This document shows, one piece after another, positions 10,546-23,725 of a stretch of 64,000 nucleotides of DNA. Origin of the DNA: Octopus sinensis (Eukaryota); assembly GCF_006345805.1 (NCBI RefSeq), contig NC_043001.1:124930001-124994000 (forward strand), in the 5' to 3' direction. A program made the position numbers and the translations under genes. The notes under the pieces were generated by a model. The model was not told where the DNA came from and ran no database searches. It saw only the letters and a program-made list of their open reading frames with translations. Positions within the stretch are counted from its first letter, which is position 1, and the number at the start of each line of letters is the position of its first letter.

Positions 10546-12782
10546 GTGCAAATGTGTATGTTTTGTTTTGTGTATGTATTCTCATGCATATAGTTGCATA
10601 TCTAGACATGCTCATATATACTTAAATGATAAACTTCTGAAAAGTTTTACAAATTATTACAGTTCCAGTGATCGACTGGATCTGCAATCTTCGAATTAGC
10701 TTTCTCCTTTCTGGTTTTGAGAAGCCTAATTTCTCAAGATTGGTATTTAGGCAGTGTGTTACGTATCCCAGAACCCAAATAATTACAGGTATAAACCTGA
10801 ACTTCTAATCTGGATAAAGTAACTGCAGATTTCTCAATAGTTCAGCGTAGGTATTCTCTTTTCACTGATCTTCAGCTTTATGTTAACATCCACTGGGCAG
10901 CTAATTTCCACAACAGTACACAGTTTCCCTTCTCTATCCCAAATCATTACATTAGGTCTGTTGTGCTTATATTTTATTGAGATTTTCACTGGGACATTTC
11001 ACCAGTATTCCATTTTATTATGAGTGGCTATGGATTCTAGCATACTGTGGACGCTTCTTTCTTTGTCCTCGGGATTATTCTTCCGACGGATTTCATTATA
11101 GAGTGTCCTAGCTACAATATCATGTCTCATTGGTAGATAATACTATGATGACATTTTCGGACAACTGCTTATGATGTGGCTGATATCTTCGGTGTTAACT
11201 CCACAAAGTCCGCATAGGTTGTCACATTTTACTGCTTTTCCTGCATCTCTATCCCTTTTGTGCATCAGTTACTTGGTTGATATTTCCTGTTCATGGATTG
11301 CAAAAGCAATACCCTTTAAAGTGGAAGGTAGTAATCCGGCTATTGGTCCATGATAGACTGCTTTGATGATCAATGTTACTATCATCACGGAGATTTCTAC
11401 TAGCATAGTCTTCTGTTCATATATTGTCTTTTCGTCTGATGATACATTGCGGTAGAGTCGTGCGAGTTCTTTGGGCATGTATTCTAGGTTATCAGACAAA
11501 GAGTGTTGCTCAAGGAGCTGCCTTCCAAGTCTTATGACGTTATCAGCCTCATGTATGCAAACTTGATCAAGGGATGCACTTCGACACTTGGTGGTTAAAA
11601 GATGTTGCCGAAGGGATATGATGCGACATTCAAAAGCATTGTCGGTCGATGTTAAGCTTCTTCTGCCTTGTTTTCGTTTTAGGTAGAGGCGGTCTAAGTC
11701 ACTGTTTATGTGGAAATTATGTGTGCTTGTTAGTATTTTTCGGGTTTTCACATTAATGGCTCGGATCTTATCAAGCGTCCAATCAAGCAGCCCAAATGTT
11801 GGTATGAGTACTGGCACTGCAAACACATTGTGGGCCACTGTTTTATTGAATGCAGAGTGTTCTGAGGTCCAAATTTTCTTTATTCGGCTGTAATATTCTT
11901 TAGTGACACGCGTTTTGTTACGGGAGCCTTTGTAAGATATGTTTTCCTCCAAACCTAGGTACCTGTAACATTCCTCGTCAGATACAGGGGAAACAGTCAA
12001 ATCATTGATAAAGATGCTGCTAGTCCGGCTTATAGTTTTCCCCCTTTTCCCAACCATATAACAACATTTATCCTAACCAAACTCCAGCCCTACATCCTTT
12101 GAGAATGTTATAACTAGGTCAAGGCTTGTTATCATCTCATAAAGTTTCAAGTCATCCAGAAAAAAACGATGCGTAATCTTGGTATTTCTGTGTCTTTGTG
12201 AACCAGTAAGATATCCTTCAGACTTCCTTAACTTGAATGACAAGAGGTTTACAGAAAGTATAAACAACATGGCAAAGAGGCTGTCCCTTTGGAATATGCC
12301 TTTGCGATATCAGTGATAATACAGCCACTCTTTATGTTTAATTTCAAGATGGTGGCCCACAATGAAGTCAGATCAGCTATGGCTTTGACTGCGCTCACTG
12401 GAACCTTAGCAAGTTGAAGGGCTTCCAGCATCCATTGGTGGGGAACACAGTCAAAAGCTTTCTTGTAGTCTAGCCACATTGAATCTCGGTTTCTCCAATC
12501 CTCTCGAACCTCTGACTTCACAGTTTTGTTGATTAACATTTGCTCAGCACATCTCCAGACTCCTTTCTTCTCAGCTGCTTGTTCTGTTTTGATGATGCTA
12601 TTGGTTTCACAATAGTCCTGGAATGTTCCTGGAGGAAGAGGTTTAAGCATGCTGTGTATATCTTATACATTAAGTTCTGGCATGCAACTGGCCTGTAGTT
12701 TTTTGCCATGTGAGTGGTTCTGCATTTGGAATCAATTTTGTCGTCTTCAGAGTTCTTCCAGCCGCAGAGCATCTTGCTTTGT
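10546..12782 (-). mobile_element. 5'-truncated, decayed RLE-type non-LTR retrotransposon (R4/Dong/NeSL-like) embedded in (TATG)n
   Basis: ORF pieces NYRPVACQN, WLDYKKAFDCVPHQW, FFLDDLKLY, YRYLG, AVPVLIPTFG..W, RLYLKRKQG; downstream CRLC...HIISSC knuckle, RHD and RP.-like restriction-endonuclease region; (GTAT)n on both sides. Confidence 0.85.
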
Positions 12783-12901
12783 TTATGTATGTATGTATGT
12801 ATGTATGTATGTATGTATGTATGTATGTATGTATGTATGTATGTATGTATATATGTGTGCATGTGTGTATGTATGTATGTGTGTGTATGTATGTATGTAT
12901 G

Positions 12902-12932
<31 letters not shown>

Positions 12933-13532
12933 GTATGTATATATGTATGTATGTATGTAAGTATGTATATATGTATGTATGTATGTATGTGTTTATATGT
13001 GTTAGGATATTAGCACCGACAGTTTGATAGTCAGCTTCCGGTCAGCTGACCTGATTCTAATTTCCGGTTGAAGCTCAATCTCATTATTTATTCTCTTATG
13101 GGAGCTACACGCTTGACAAGATGCTTTCGTCTAAATAGTTAAGTTGCTTCATATTTCTGCTTTCAGATACAACTGTCATCTGTTGTTTCTTATTCCCTTA
13201 GTCTAAGTAACCAAGGTACAATATACAAGCAATTGTAGAATTCAATGTTTTGAACGAGATTACTATTCTTGTCACGATATGTGTTCGAATGTTAAGCTTC
13301 TAACAATCTTAATTATCTTTTTTTGTTATTTGTAGCTTCTATTTTTTTTTATTTCACTCAGAAGACTCCGGCCATGCTGGGATACCGTCTTGAACGATTT
13401 GGTCGAACAAATTGAGCCCAATACCTTTCTGATACTTTTCAAATACTGGGGAATTTATACTATAGACTAAGCTTCTCGAAATAAGTAAACTTGTGTCTGC
13501 GTTGGAAATCATGAGAGTGAGAGAAGGCGACG

Positions 13533-13657
13533 AGTAGTAACGATTGGTTATGGGCGGTAACAGGCGGTGACGGACGGTAATGAGTGGTAACGGGCAGTGA
13601 CGGACGGTAACGGGCGGTGGCGAGCGGTGACGGACAGTAACAGGTGGTAACGGACAG
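13533..13657. repeat. GC-rich ~10-bp minisatellite (ggtaacgggc/ggtgacggac)
   Basis: About 12 degenerate units visible. Confidence 0.8.
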
Positions 13658-13763
13658 TACAGCACCTAGCAAAATGACGTCGTGTAGTCATTTACATCCA
13701 TCCGTTTACGTTCTAAATTGATTTAGACTTGCATTCTTCTGAAATTGACAAACGTTAATCATA

Positions 13764-13936
13764 TAGGCGCAGGAGTGGCTGTGTGGTAAGTAGCTTGCTA
13801 ACCAACCACATGGTTCCGGGTTCAGTCCCACTGCGTGGCATCTTGGGCAAGTGTCTTCTGCTATAGCCCCGGGCCGACCAATGCCTTGTGAGTGGATTTG
13901 GTAGACGGAAACTGAAAGAAGCCTGTCGTATATATG

Positions 13937-13971
<35 letters not shown>

Positions 13972-14185
13972 TTGTGTGTCTGTGTTTGTCCCCCTAGCAT
14001 TGCTTGACAACCGATGCTGGTGTGTTTACGTCCCCGTCACTTAGCGGTTCGGCAAAAGAGAACGATAGAATAAGTACTGGGCTTACAAAGAATAAGTCCC
14101 GGGGTCGATTTGCTCGACTAAAGGCGGTGCTCCAGCATGGCCGCAGTCAAATGACTGAAACAAGTAAAAGAGTAAAGAGAAAGAG
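13764..14185 (+). mobile_element. tRNA-derived SINE, family B (internal (TA)n(TG)n, AGAGTAA-repeat tail)
   Basis: TGGCTGTGTGG A-box-like and GGTTCAGTCCC B-box-like motifs; many copies in the window. Confidence 0.85.
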
Positions 14186-14414
14186 TATACAGGGATCGAT
14201 TTAATTGATTATTCCCACCACCATCATGTGTTTGTTAGATATCAATATTCAAATAACAGAGGAGTAGCAGAAACCGTAAAACCTCAGACAGATTTTTAGG
14301 GCAGTTTTTCGAACCAAATATGGGATCTTATACGCTATCATTCGATTTGCTAAAATTAATAGACAAATTTTACTCAAATAACACTTTACCGACTTAAAAA
14401 AGAATGCATTAAAT

Positions 14415-15032
14415 CAGTGGTTTGCAACCATTTTTCGCCTATAGATCCCTTTAATTCCTTTGTTATTCTACTGGACTTCCATAACCATTCTCTGTACATA
14501 AAAAAAATCTTATTGTATTTTTATAATTAAATATTATTAGGAATAGTATTAAAAAAACAGTATTAAAATATTTTGTATATTGTAGAATGTCTGAGACCCC
14601 ACCTTGGATCACGACACAGGCCATGGGATTGCACCTAGAAAGTTACCCTCCCAGGCACAAGTCCGGGCAAGGTTATTTATGGAAGACCAACAGTCGCCCA
14701 TGCATACCGGCCTCCCCACTCCACGCCACCGATGTTATCCAAGGGAAAGGCAAAGGGGCCGATACAGCTTGGTACCAGTGACATCGCAACTTATTTCTAC
14801 AGCTGAGCGAACTGGAGCAACGTGAAATAAAGTGTCTTGCTCAAGAACACAACACGCAGCCCTGTCCGGGATTCGAGCTCACAACTTCACGATCATAAGC
14901 TCGACGCTCTAATCGCTGAGCCATGCGCTTTCACATGTTGTTACACATAATTTCACAAGTTGTTACACATAATTTTTTTTTAATCTTATATGGACCCACA
15001 AGTATCATATAGACTCCAGCTGAAACCCACTG
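14415..15032. mobile_element. Degenerate hAT-type MITE interrupted by a SINE-D
   Basis: Imperfect TIRs cagtggtttgcaacc / gctgaaacccactg. Confidence 0.5.
14612..14934 (-). mobile_element. tRNA-derived SINE, family D
   Basis: tRNA-like head followed by tgttcttgagcaagacactttatttcacgttgctcc; second copy at 28215-28538. Confidence 0.75.
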
Positions 15033-15396
15033 GGTGATCTCGGCTCACTAAATGATGTGAACTCACTAGATGATGTGAGTACATCTCGGTTCACTAGATG
15101 ATGTGAGCCGAGATGTGCTGCGACAACAAAGAAACATTAGTCCTGAGAGGAATACATAGAATAATGTAGTCCTAGACACATTAGCTGTACAAATACAACA
15201 TGGTCACAACGCTGTGGATAATGTAGTCTGCAGTCCACTATTCCTTAAAAAATAGCCTGAACATTATTTGAATACCTTTAATCACGGATCTGCTCTATCA
15301 GAGTAAACCCATAAACAGCAGCAACAGTATTTAGTTATAACTCTTTGCGTTCAAAATTTCTAACCGTAGGAATCTCTACATAGTCAGTCATTCAAC

Positions 15397-15809
15397 CTCT
15401 TTACTCTTTACTCTTTTACTTGTTTCAGTCATTTGACTGCGGCCATGCTGGAGCACCGCCTTTAGTCGAGCAAATCGACCCCGGGACTTATTCTTTGTAA
15501 GCCCAGTACTTATTCTATCGGTCTCTTTTGCCAAACCGCTAAGTGACGGGGACGTAAACGCACCAGCATCGGTTGTCAAACAATGCTAGGGGGACAAACA
15601 CAGACACACAAACACACACACATATATATATATACACATATATACGACGGGCTTCTTTCAGTTTCCGGCTACCAAATCCACTCACAAGGCTTTGGTTGGC
15701 CCGAGGCTATAGTAGAAGACACTTGCCCAAGATGCCACGCAGTGGGACTGAACCCGGAACCATGTGGTTGGTTAGCAAGCTACTTACCACACAGCCACTC
15801 CTGCGCCTA
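15397..15809 (-). mobile_element. SINE family B
   Basis: Reverse complement of 13764-14185. Confidence 0.85.
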
Positions 15810-16454
15810 TTTGGTTGTTGTAACAAATAGTAACTAAATTTCATTCAAATCACACTCTACCGCCCTAAATAAGAAAGTCACTTAGTAGGAGCGAACGTTG
15901 AACTAAGTAACTGAAAAGCGAACTTCTTAACCGCACGACTGTCTGCGCCTATTCTATTTCACTTTTGAACTTTTTGTTCTTAATATTTGTCGAGGCATTC
16001 CATCACTAGTTTCTTTAGTCTGCTTCCTTTGGATTTTTTTGTTCTCTTTTAAAAAGAGAAACAAGCTTCAATATTCACACCATATCTGCCGGCTGAAATA
16101 CATTTAACCACGTGACTTGGTCACGGAGTACATCTCTCGTTTGATTCTATTCACTATTTTAGCTTTCGATTGGTTCACTTTTTATAGGCTTTGATTATAT
16201 TATATATTTTTGGGGCGTTAAAGTCATCTAAATGCATATAAATGAACATATGTGCGGATATTTGTGTGTGTGTTTGCATATGCACAGGTATGTATATATA
16301 TCTGTGCATGTATATGCATGTATATGGCGATATATATGTGTGTGTGTGTGTGTGAGTTATATTATATGTATATAACAAAAATTTAGATAATATCTTATTC
16401 TTTTAGCCTTTTATATGTTTCAGGCCAATAACTGTGGCCATGCTGGAGCACTAC

Positions 16455-17245
16455 CATTGTAATCATCTTTCCACTTTCCACCTTCGTCGGAGCGGCTTTT
16501 GGTGAGGGATGAAGTTCGATGCTACTGCCCTCTTTTGAGTTTCTTGCTTAGATATTGGCTCATCCGGGATCTCGGCGAGCCAGAGGTCAAGTTCACGTTT
16601 GAAAACGTCTACATCCACTCCATGGAGGCTCCTCAGATGCTTCGGCAGACAGTTAAACAGCCGTAGGCTCTTGAAACCCAAGCTGTTGCAGCACATCGTC
16701 CTTGCCCGAGATGAAGCAGTCGGCACCATGGGGACAGCACACTAACGTCCTGCTCGTGGTCTGGTATAGCTCTTTATTCCAAAGTTTGGTACCAGTCCTT
16801 CCAGTATCTTCCATATATATATATATATATATATATCACTGCATACCTTTCCCGCCTTCGCTTCAGGGAATAAAGTCGTAGCTCTTTCAATCTGTCCCAG
16901 TAGCTCAGACGTTCCATTGATGCAATTGTCTTTATGTAATGTCGTTGGACTGCTTCAAACTCTGCTATCGTCCTTGTAGTATAAGGTGACCATAGCTGAG
17001 AGCAGTAGTCCAGTCGGCTGAGGGTAAATGACTTCAATAGTGTCATCATACTTTCTTGGTCCCTTGTCTGGAAGGTTCTCAAAATCCAACCGGCCAGTCT
17101 TCTGGATACTGCTACCATTTTGTTAATATGTGTGTGAAATGAGGCATTGTTGCTTATTTCTATTCCAAGATCACGCATCGTATTTGATTCTGGGATCGTT
17201 GCTACACTTGGTCCAACGTGCTGATGTCGTGATTCCTGAGCAGTG
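16455..17245 (-). pseudogene. CR1-clade LINE ORF2 C-terminal fragment, interrupted by (TA)n
   Basis: MRDLGI...GWILRTF...RLDYCSQLWSP...LYSLKRRRER...LFNCLP motifs. Confidence 0.85.
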
Positions 17246-17253
17246 CTTAACTG

Positions 17254-17299
<46 letters not shown>

Positions 17300-17309
17300 T
17301 GTGTGAAAA

Positions 17310-17425
17310 GGTGCGTGGCTTGGTGTCTGGGGTGTTGCACTTCCTATTGCGAGATCTTAGTTTCGATTCCCAGGCCGGACACTACATTGTGTTCTTCAGC
17401 AAAACACATCATGTCACGTTGCTCT
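17310..17425 (+). mobile_element. Diverged SINE-D-type head
   Basis: gtttcgattccc B-box-like motif and tgtgttcttcagcaaaacac...cacgttgctc. Confidence 0.5.
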
Positions 17426-17603
17426 GCGATTATTTTGTCATCTGACATGTGGCACATCATGTACAGGTAATGTCGATCCGATGAAGGGGGTGAGCTTATG
17501 TGAACACAAACATTTTATTACTATAAACAAATCAACTCTATGGTTGTTCAGTGAGAAATTGCAGAGACCTCATACGTCATCTAACATGGGAAGAGTCCAT
17601 TAC

Positions 17604-17666
<63 letters not shown>

Positions 17667-17667
17667 C

Positions 17668-17741
<74 letters not shown>

Positions 17742-17934
17742 CTGTACTGCCAAGTTTTTTTTTATTTATTCGAATTTTTCCTGGTAAAAAGAGTAGGTTT
17801 TTAACAAAAATGATAATGCTCCATCCCTGAAATTTAGATAATAACAACGACAATTCTTACATTTTGGACTTTAAAAATGTCTTGCATAATTTAACTGTTC
17901 CACTTACAGATTGTATCTGCAAAGGAATCTAAAT

Positions 17935-19190
17935 AAAAAAAAGTCTCAAGTATAAAACGTCACAGGGAAAAAGTCACGGGAAAAAAAGTTACGTGTAATG
18001 CCATTATATATAAATAGTATTGTCAATATTGTCAAGTCCTGTATTGCCAGATAATAACTTATTTAAAATATTTTCTGCTTTATTACTTTAATTATTTATG
18101 GTACTTTAAGTAATTGTGACTTGAATATTTTTCTTTGATTACCTGACTTTCTTTCCTAGACAAAATTGTGACTTTTTTCTGTGACTTTTTTCTTTGGCTT
18201 TATTACCGGCTACGCTACAAAGTACGTGTTACCCAATTTCTTTTTCTCCCTAAAAATCTTACATTTTTCCCGATTGTCACTTAGACATAGTGAGTCAATA
18301 ATTAATGATATACTGTGAATTCAAAACCAGGGTAGTACCGATGCAAGTTCAAAACAATCTTTTTATCCGTTAATTTTGTAAGAGATATTCATAAACCTCT
18401 AAGACTATGTATAATTTTTTTTTCTGTCAAATAATTAGTGGCCGGTAATAAAGTCACGGGGGAAAAAGTCACAGAAAAAGGTTACAATTTGGGCCAGAAA
18501 AGAAAGCCACATGTAAAAAGTCACAATAAAAATTTACAATTTTGGCTAGGACAAAAAAGCCAGGTAATCAAACAAAAATATTCAAGTCAGTCATAATTTA
18601 TTAAAGTATCGTAAACAATTAAAGTAATAAAAGGGAAAATATTTTAAATCAGTTATTAACTGGCAATACATGACTTGTACATATTGACAACACTATATAT
18701 GATTATTTCTTTATTGCCCACAAGGGGCTAAACATAGAGGGGACAAACAAGGACAGACAAAGAGATTAAGTCGATTGCATCGACCCCAGTGCATAACTGG
18801 TACTTAATTTATCGACTCTGAAAGGATGAAAGGCAAAGTTGACCTCGACGGAATTTGAACTCAGAACGTACCGGCAGACGAAATACCTATTTCTTTACTA
18901 CCGACAAGGGGCTAAACACAGAGAGGACAAACAAGGACAGACAAATGGATTAAGTCGATTATATCGTCCCCAGTGCGTAACTGGTACTTATTTAATCGAC
19001 CCCGAAAGGATGAAAGGCAAAGTCGACCTCGGCAGAATTTGAACTCAGAACGTAGCGGCAGACGAAATACCGCTAAGCATTTCGCCCAGTGTACTAACGT
19101 CTCTGCCAGCTCGCCGCCCTTCAACACTATATATGATGGCATTACATGAGACTTTTTCTGTGACTTTTTTTCCTGTGACTTTTTTACCTG
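17935..19190. mobile_element. Two inverted copies of an AT-rich MITE-like element with repeated aaaaagtcac subterminal motifs
   Basis: 17935-18210 is roughly the reverse complement of 18441-18703 plus 19138-19190; right copy has termini ccggtaataaagtcac / gtgactttttacctgg. Confidence 0.55.
18704..19121 (-). mobile_element. Head-to-tail SINE-C dimer with one 16-bp TSD
   Basis: caacactatatatgat at 18688-18703 and 19122-19137 brackets a full copy plus a 5'-truncated copy. Confidence 0.85.
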
Positions 19191-19607
19191 GATTCAAATA
19201 ACCATAGCAGCTCTATTGTGTTTACATTTGATGAATATCTATGTATATATTCCGCTTGGTTAATATCTATGTCTGTGCTGTTTTAATTTATCCTACGAAC
19301 CGTCTTTCCTGCAAATAACATTGTATATTGTTTCAGCAACATCAGGTCGCGGTGGGGAATTGTAACTCGATGACATTTTAGATAACTGCTAATGACATTT
19401 GTTAGGTTCTTAACAAAAATGTAACATCATTGACATTTGCTGCTGCATCTTGGGATTTTAAGGTCTTCACAGTCACGTATATTTTTATTTTGCTATAGCC
19501 TAGTTATATCCTGCTCATGGATTGCAAAAATTTAGGCTTCATGATGAACCATGATGTAACGGTCACAAATCTAATATTACACTTCATGTTAATACTATCA
19601 TCCTCCC

Positions 19608-20060
19608 TAAGGCGGTGAGCTGGCAGAATTGTTAGCATGCCGGGCGAAATGCTTAGCGATATTTTGTCCGTCTTTATGTTCTGAGTTCAAATTCTACCGA
19701 GGCCGACTTTGCCCTTCATCCTTTCGGGGTCGATAAAATAAGTACCAGTTGAGCACTGGAGTCGATTATATCGACTTAACTCCTCTCTCCGAACTTACTG
19801 GGCTTGTGGCAAAATTTGAAACCAATATTATCATCCTCCCTAAAGCGACGAGCTAGCAGAGTCATTAGCACGCCGGGCAAAATGCTTAGTGGTATTTCGC
19901 CCGTCTTCAAGTTCTGAGTTCAAATTCCACCGAGGTTGATTATGCTTTTCATTCTTTCGAAGCAGATAAAATAAGAACCAATTGAGCACTGGGGTCGATG
20001 TAATCGACTTAGCTCAACCCCCGAACTTCCTGGCCTTGTGCCAAAAATTGAAACCAATAT
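19608..20060 (+). mobile_element. Two tandem SINE-C variants with an alternative 3' tail
   Basis: Same head and central domain as 3276-3511; tail cttgtgccaaaa(a)ttgaaaccaatatta; ta(c/t)tatcatcctccctaa duplicated around the first copy. Confidence 0.75.
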
Positions 20061-20307
20061 TATTGTCCTCTTCAAGTTCACGGAAAATATAGCCACACAT
20101 AACTTTTTCCTTTAGTGCAGATTGCTTCTTTTCCACGTTTTTGCTGAGGTATCCTGGTCTGCACTTCTAGGTTCAAATGAGAAGTTATCAGGAAGTGCTT
20201 CTTGGGGGAGTTCACTAGCAACTTGCAGTATGTTATTCATTTCGTTTTCAAGCACTTGGTTAATTTATCTATTTTCGTAGTCATTATTTAGCTGATACTG
20301 CCTAGGT

Positions 20308-20508
20308 CAGTGGTTTTCAACCAGGGTTCCGTCAGTACAGTCCAGGGGTTCCGCAAGAAGTTACAAAACTGCTAAAATTGGCAGTAATTTTTAATTCTCC
20401 TGTGCAGATATGTGTGCATAAGACTATTAAATTATTGCACAGGGGTTCCTCGAACCAGTGGAATGTTTCCTTGGGGTTCCGCTCCAGCAAAAAGTTTGAA
20501 AAGCACTG
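20308..20508. mobile_element. hAT (Charlie-like) MITE
   Basis: TIRs cagtggttttcaacc / tttgaaaagcactg; 8-bp TSD gcctaggt / gcctgggt. Confidence 0.8.
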
Positions 20509-21076
20509 GCCTGGGTGATATACGTTGGTTGGTATAAGAGACTGCCTGTACTGATCTTAAGCCTCTGCTTCCTCTTCAGAGATAGATTTTAACAATATCA
20601 GATTTTAGCAATAACAGTTTGTAGTCGATGTCAGTATCTTCCGGGTTTTAATGTCGATGGAACAGAACTTCTCGCAGACGTAAGAAAACAATAATCAAAC
20701 TTTGGCCGTTTCTGAGACAGGCTTTGTCACTATCAGTGTTTTCGTAGATCTAGAGATCAGCCAAATATCGCAAATGTTGGTATCAATACCGGTACAGCAA
20801 ATGCATTGTGGGGTATTGACTTACAAAGCTCAAACTGTCCTATCTTTTTTTTGCAAAATTTTCTTTAGATATTCCACCTATCTTCACAGCAACTTCGCGT
20901 AATATGTTTTCATCAATATCTAGATATATTGTTACACTCGTTGTCTGGAAGAGTGCGGATCAGAAACTCAAACCATTGACTCAAAGGTTTGGGGCTTGGG
21001 GGAGAGTTTTTCCGTGTTCAATTATTAAATGTGAACATTTCTTTTAACCATACGTATGTATGTATGTATGTATGTA

Positions 21077-21469
21077 TACTCTTTTTACTCTCTTTTACTT
21101 GTTTCAGTTATTTGACTGCGGCCATGCTGGAGCACCGCCTTTAGTCGAGCAAATCTTTTATTCTTTGTAAGCCTACTACTTATTCTATCGTTTTCTTTTA
21201 CCGAACCGTTAAGTGACGGGGACGTAAACACACCAGCATCGATTGTCAAGCAATGCTAGAGGGACAAACACAGACACACAAACATATACACACACACATA
21301 TATATATATATACATATATACGACGGACTTCTTTCAGTTTCCGTCTACCAAATCCACTCACAAGGCTTTGGTCGGCCCGAGGCTATGGCAGAAGACACTT
21401 GCCCAAGATGCCACGCAGTGGGACTGAACCCGGAACCATGTGGTTGGTTAGCAGCCACTCCTGCGCCTA
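21077..21469 (-). mobile_element. SINE family B
   Basis: Match to the family consensus, small internal deletions. Confidence 0.85.
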
Positions 21470-21799
21470 GTTATGTATGTATGTATGTATGTATGTATGT
21501 ATGTATGTACGTAAGTGCGTATGTATGTATATATGTATGCATATGTGTGTGTAATTCACTTGCAATTATATACATTCGGTCCCGGTATGAAATTAGAGCC
21601 GTGAGTATATATAAATACACACACCTTATGTATATGTGAATGTAAAGAAAGTCCATAGAAAAAAAAGATTTTATAAGACTATAAAACCTGAACTAAATCA
21701 AACTGTACCGAAAGTATTAGCGCTAGTAGTTACCAGCATTATAGTTACTGTGAGTGTTGTTTTGTTTGTTTTTATGTGTACGTAAGTGTGTATGAGCGT

Positions 21800-21831
<32 letters not shown>

Positions 21832-22168
21832 CTTTATGTCCATGTGAGGGTGAATCAGACTATCATTAAACTTATGAGATTTCAAATTTATTGCATTCTT
21901 TTATTCAGTCATTCTTTCAGTATGGTTTTCATTTGTGGCTTTCAATTTCTTTTCTGTCATTATTTTGCAGTTTTCTATTTCTATTTATTTATTTTTTTCT
22001 TTATGATTTCTGTTTTAAGTTTTCTTCTCAACGGCAACGTCGTGGCTTCAAGTATGAGGCCATAATAGGGCTTATATAACATGAGTGTCTTTTACGGTAA
22101 CCTAGGTTCACCAAAACCTTTTGAGAAGCGTTTGGATTGCGGAAATTGTACAGATGTCCATACACGCA

Positions 22169-22200
<32 letters not shown>

Positions 22201-22236
22201 TACCCATACAAATACTCATAGACACATACATACACA

Positions 22237-22273
<37 letters not shown>

Positions 22274-22449
22274 TACATATACACACATATACGCATGCAC
22301 ACATGTACACACACATGCACGCTAACACTAGTTCCCTCCAAAAAGAAACGTAACTTGCTGAAAATACAAATTTATTGCGTATTCAATTACATTCGCTCAT
22401 AATAATTCTCTCTCTTTCTCTCACACACACTCTCTCTCTCTCTCTCTCA

Positions 22450-22480
<31 letters not shown>

Positions 22481-22577
22481 TTTCTATTGTTGATACACCG
22501 CTCCCAACGTTTTGTAGCTCGTCTACAACTTGTTTTCATGGTGAGTGCGCAGTCTTCGTTGTACATTTTCTTGGATA

Positions 22578-22898
22578 GTGAGGGCGCGTGGCTTAGTGGT
22601 TAGGGCATTCGGCTCATGATCGTAAGGTTGTGAGTTCGATTCCCGGCGACGCTTTGTGTCCTTGAGCAAGACACTTTATTTCACGTTGCTCCAGTCCACT
22701 CAGCTGGCAAAAATGAGTTGTACTTGTATTTCAAAGGGTCAGCCTTGTCACTCTCTGTGTCACGCTGATTATCCCCGAGAACTACGTTAAGGGTACACGT
22801 GTCTGTGGAATGCTCAGCCATTTGCACGTTAATTTCACGAGCAAGCTGTTCCGTTGATCGTATCAGCTGGGACCCTCGTCGTCGTAACCGGCGGAGTC
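22578..22898 (+). mobile_element. Mosaic SINE: family-D head with family-A body, 13-bp TSD
   Basis: acattttcttgga at 22563-22575 and 22909-22921; head matches family D, 3' ~170 bp matches family A. Confidence 0.8.
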
Positions 22899-23045
22899 TT
22901 TTTAAGAGACATTTTCTTGGAGCTCTCCTATCGGTTACATTTTAGAGTGATTTTCAATTTTAGAAGCCAAAGAAAGTTGCGCAATCACAAAATCTAAAGT
23001 CTAGGACGGCTGTAGGGCAACACCGGGGTGCATTGCTAGTCTTTT

Positions 23046-23400
23046 TTATTTTACTTGTTTCAGGGTGCAGCTATGCTGGCAGGCCACCTTGAAGAGCTTT
23101 AGTCTGAGGAGTTGACCCCATTATTTATCATTATTTTAAGCCTGGTACTATTTTACTGGTCTCTTTTGCCGAACTGCTTCGTTACGGAGGACGTAAACAC
23201 AACAACACCGCTTGTGAACCGGTGCTGGGAGACAAATGCATACTTCTTTCAGTTTCCGCCTACCAAATCCGCTCACAAGGCTTTGATCGGTCCTGGACTA
23301 TACTAGCAGACACGTGTCCAAAGTGACACGCAGTGGGACTGAACACGGAGTCATGTGGTTGGGAAGCAAACTTCTTACCACACAGCCACGACTTCGCCTA
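23046..23400 (-). mobile_element. Diverged SINE family B
   Basis: Partial similarity across head and body. Confidence 0.55.
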
Positions 23401-23439
23401 AAAATTCTTATTTTAAAATTTTTACTGACGTCTATTTTT

Positions 23440-23725
23440 TGGGAAATTTTACAAACAATCAGGCGAAGACTTTCTTAGATCATAGCACTCATTGTCTGAA
23501 TGTACTCATCGCCCGTCGTCGTGAAAGGTCATTCAGATTTGAGATCAATGTCATGAGGGCTCTTCGCGATTTGAAACATCGGTTCCACTTGCAGCTTCGC
23601 GTACAGGTCAAACAATCTCCACATAGGCCTACTGCAACATTTGAAAGGTCTCTGTTAATGTTTTTCGCTCCGATGTTAAACTGTGCTTCACGCAAACAAA
23701 TTGTTCTTCCAAATCTTTCATAGTT
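23440..23725 (-). pseudogene. Mariner transposase N-terminal (HTH) remnant
   Basis: Frameshifted MKDLEEQFVCVK...TLTETFQMLQ*AY...DCLT...CFKSRR resembles mariner N-termini. Confidence 0.6.

Larger units (their letters stand above)
19320..20700 (-). pseudogene. Highly decayed R4-like LINE remnants interrupted by SINEs and a MITE
   Basis: 19380-19590 resembles 11150-11390 (cctgctcatgggattgcaaaa vs cctgttcatggattgcaaaa); assignment of 20060-20700 is weaker. Confidence 0.35.

Noticed and set aside
13533-13657. Repeat array as a CRISPR candidate
   Set aside because: Contiguous 10-bp units with no unique spacers; eukaryotic context with no cas genes.
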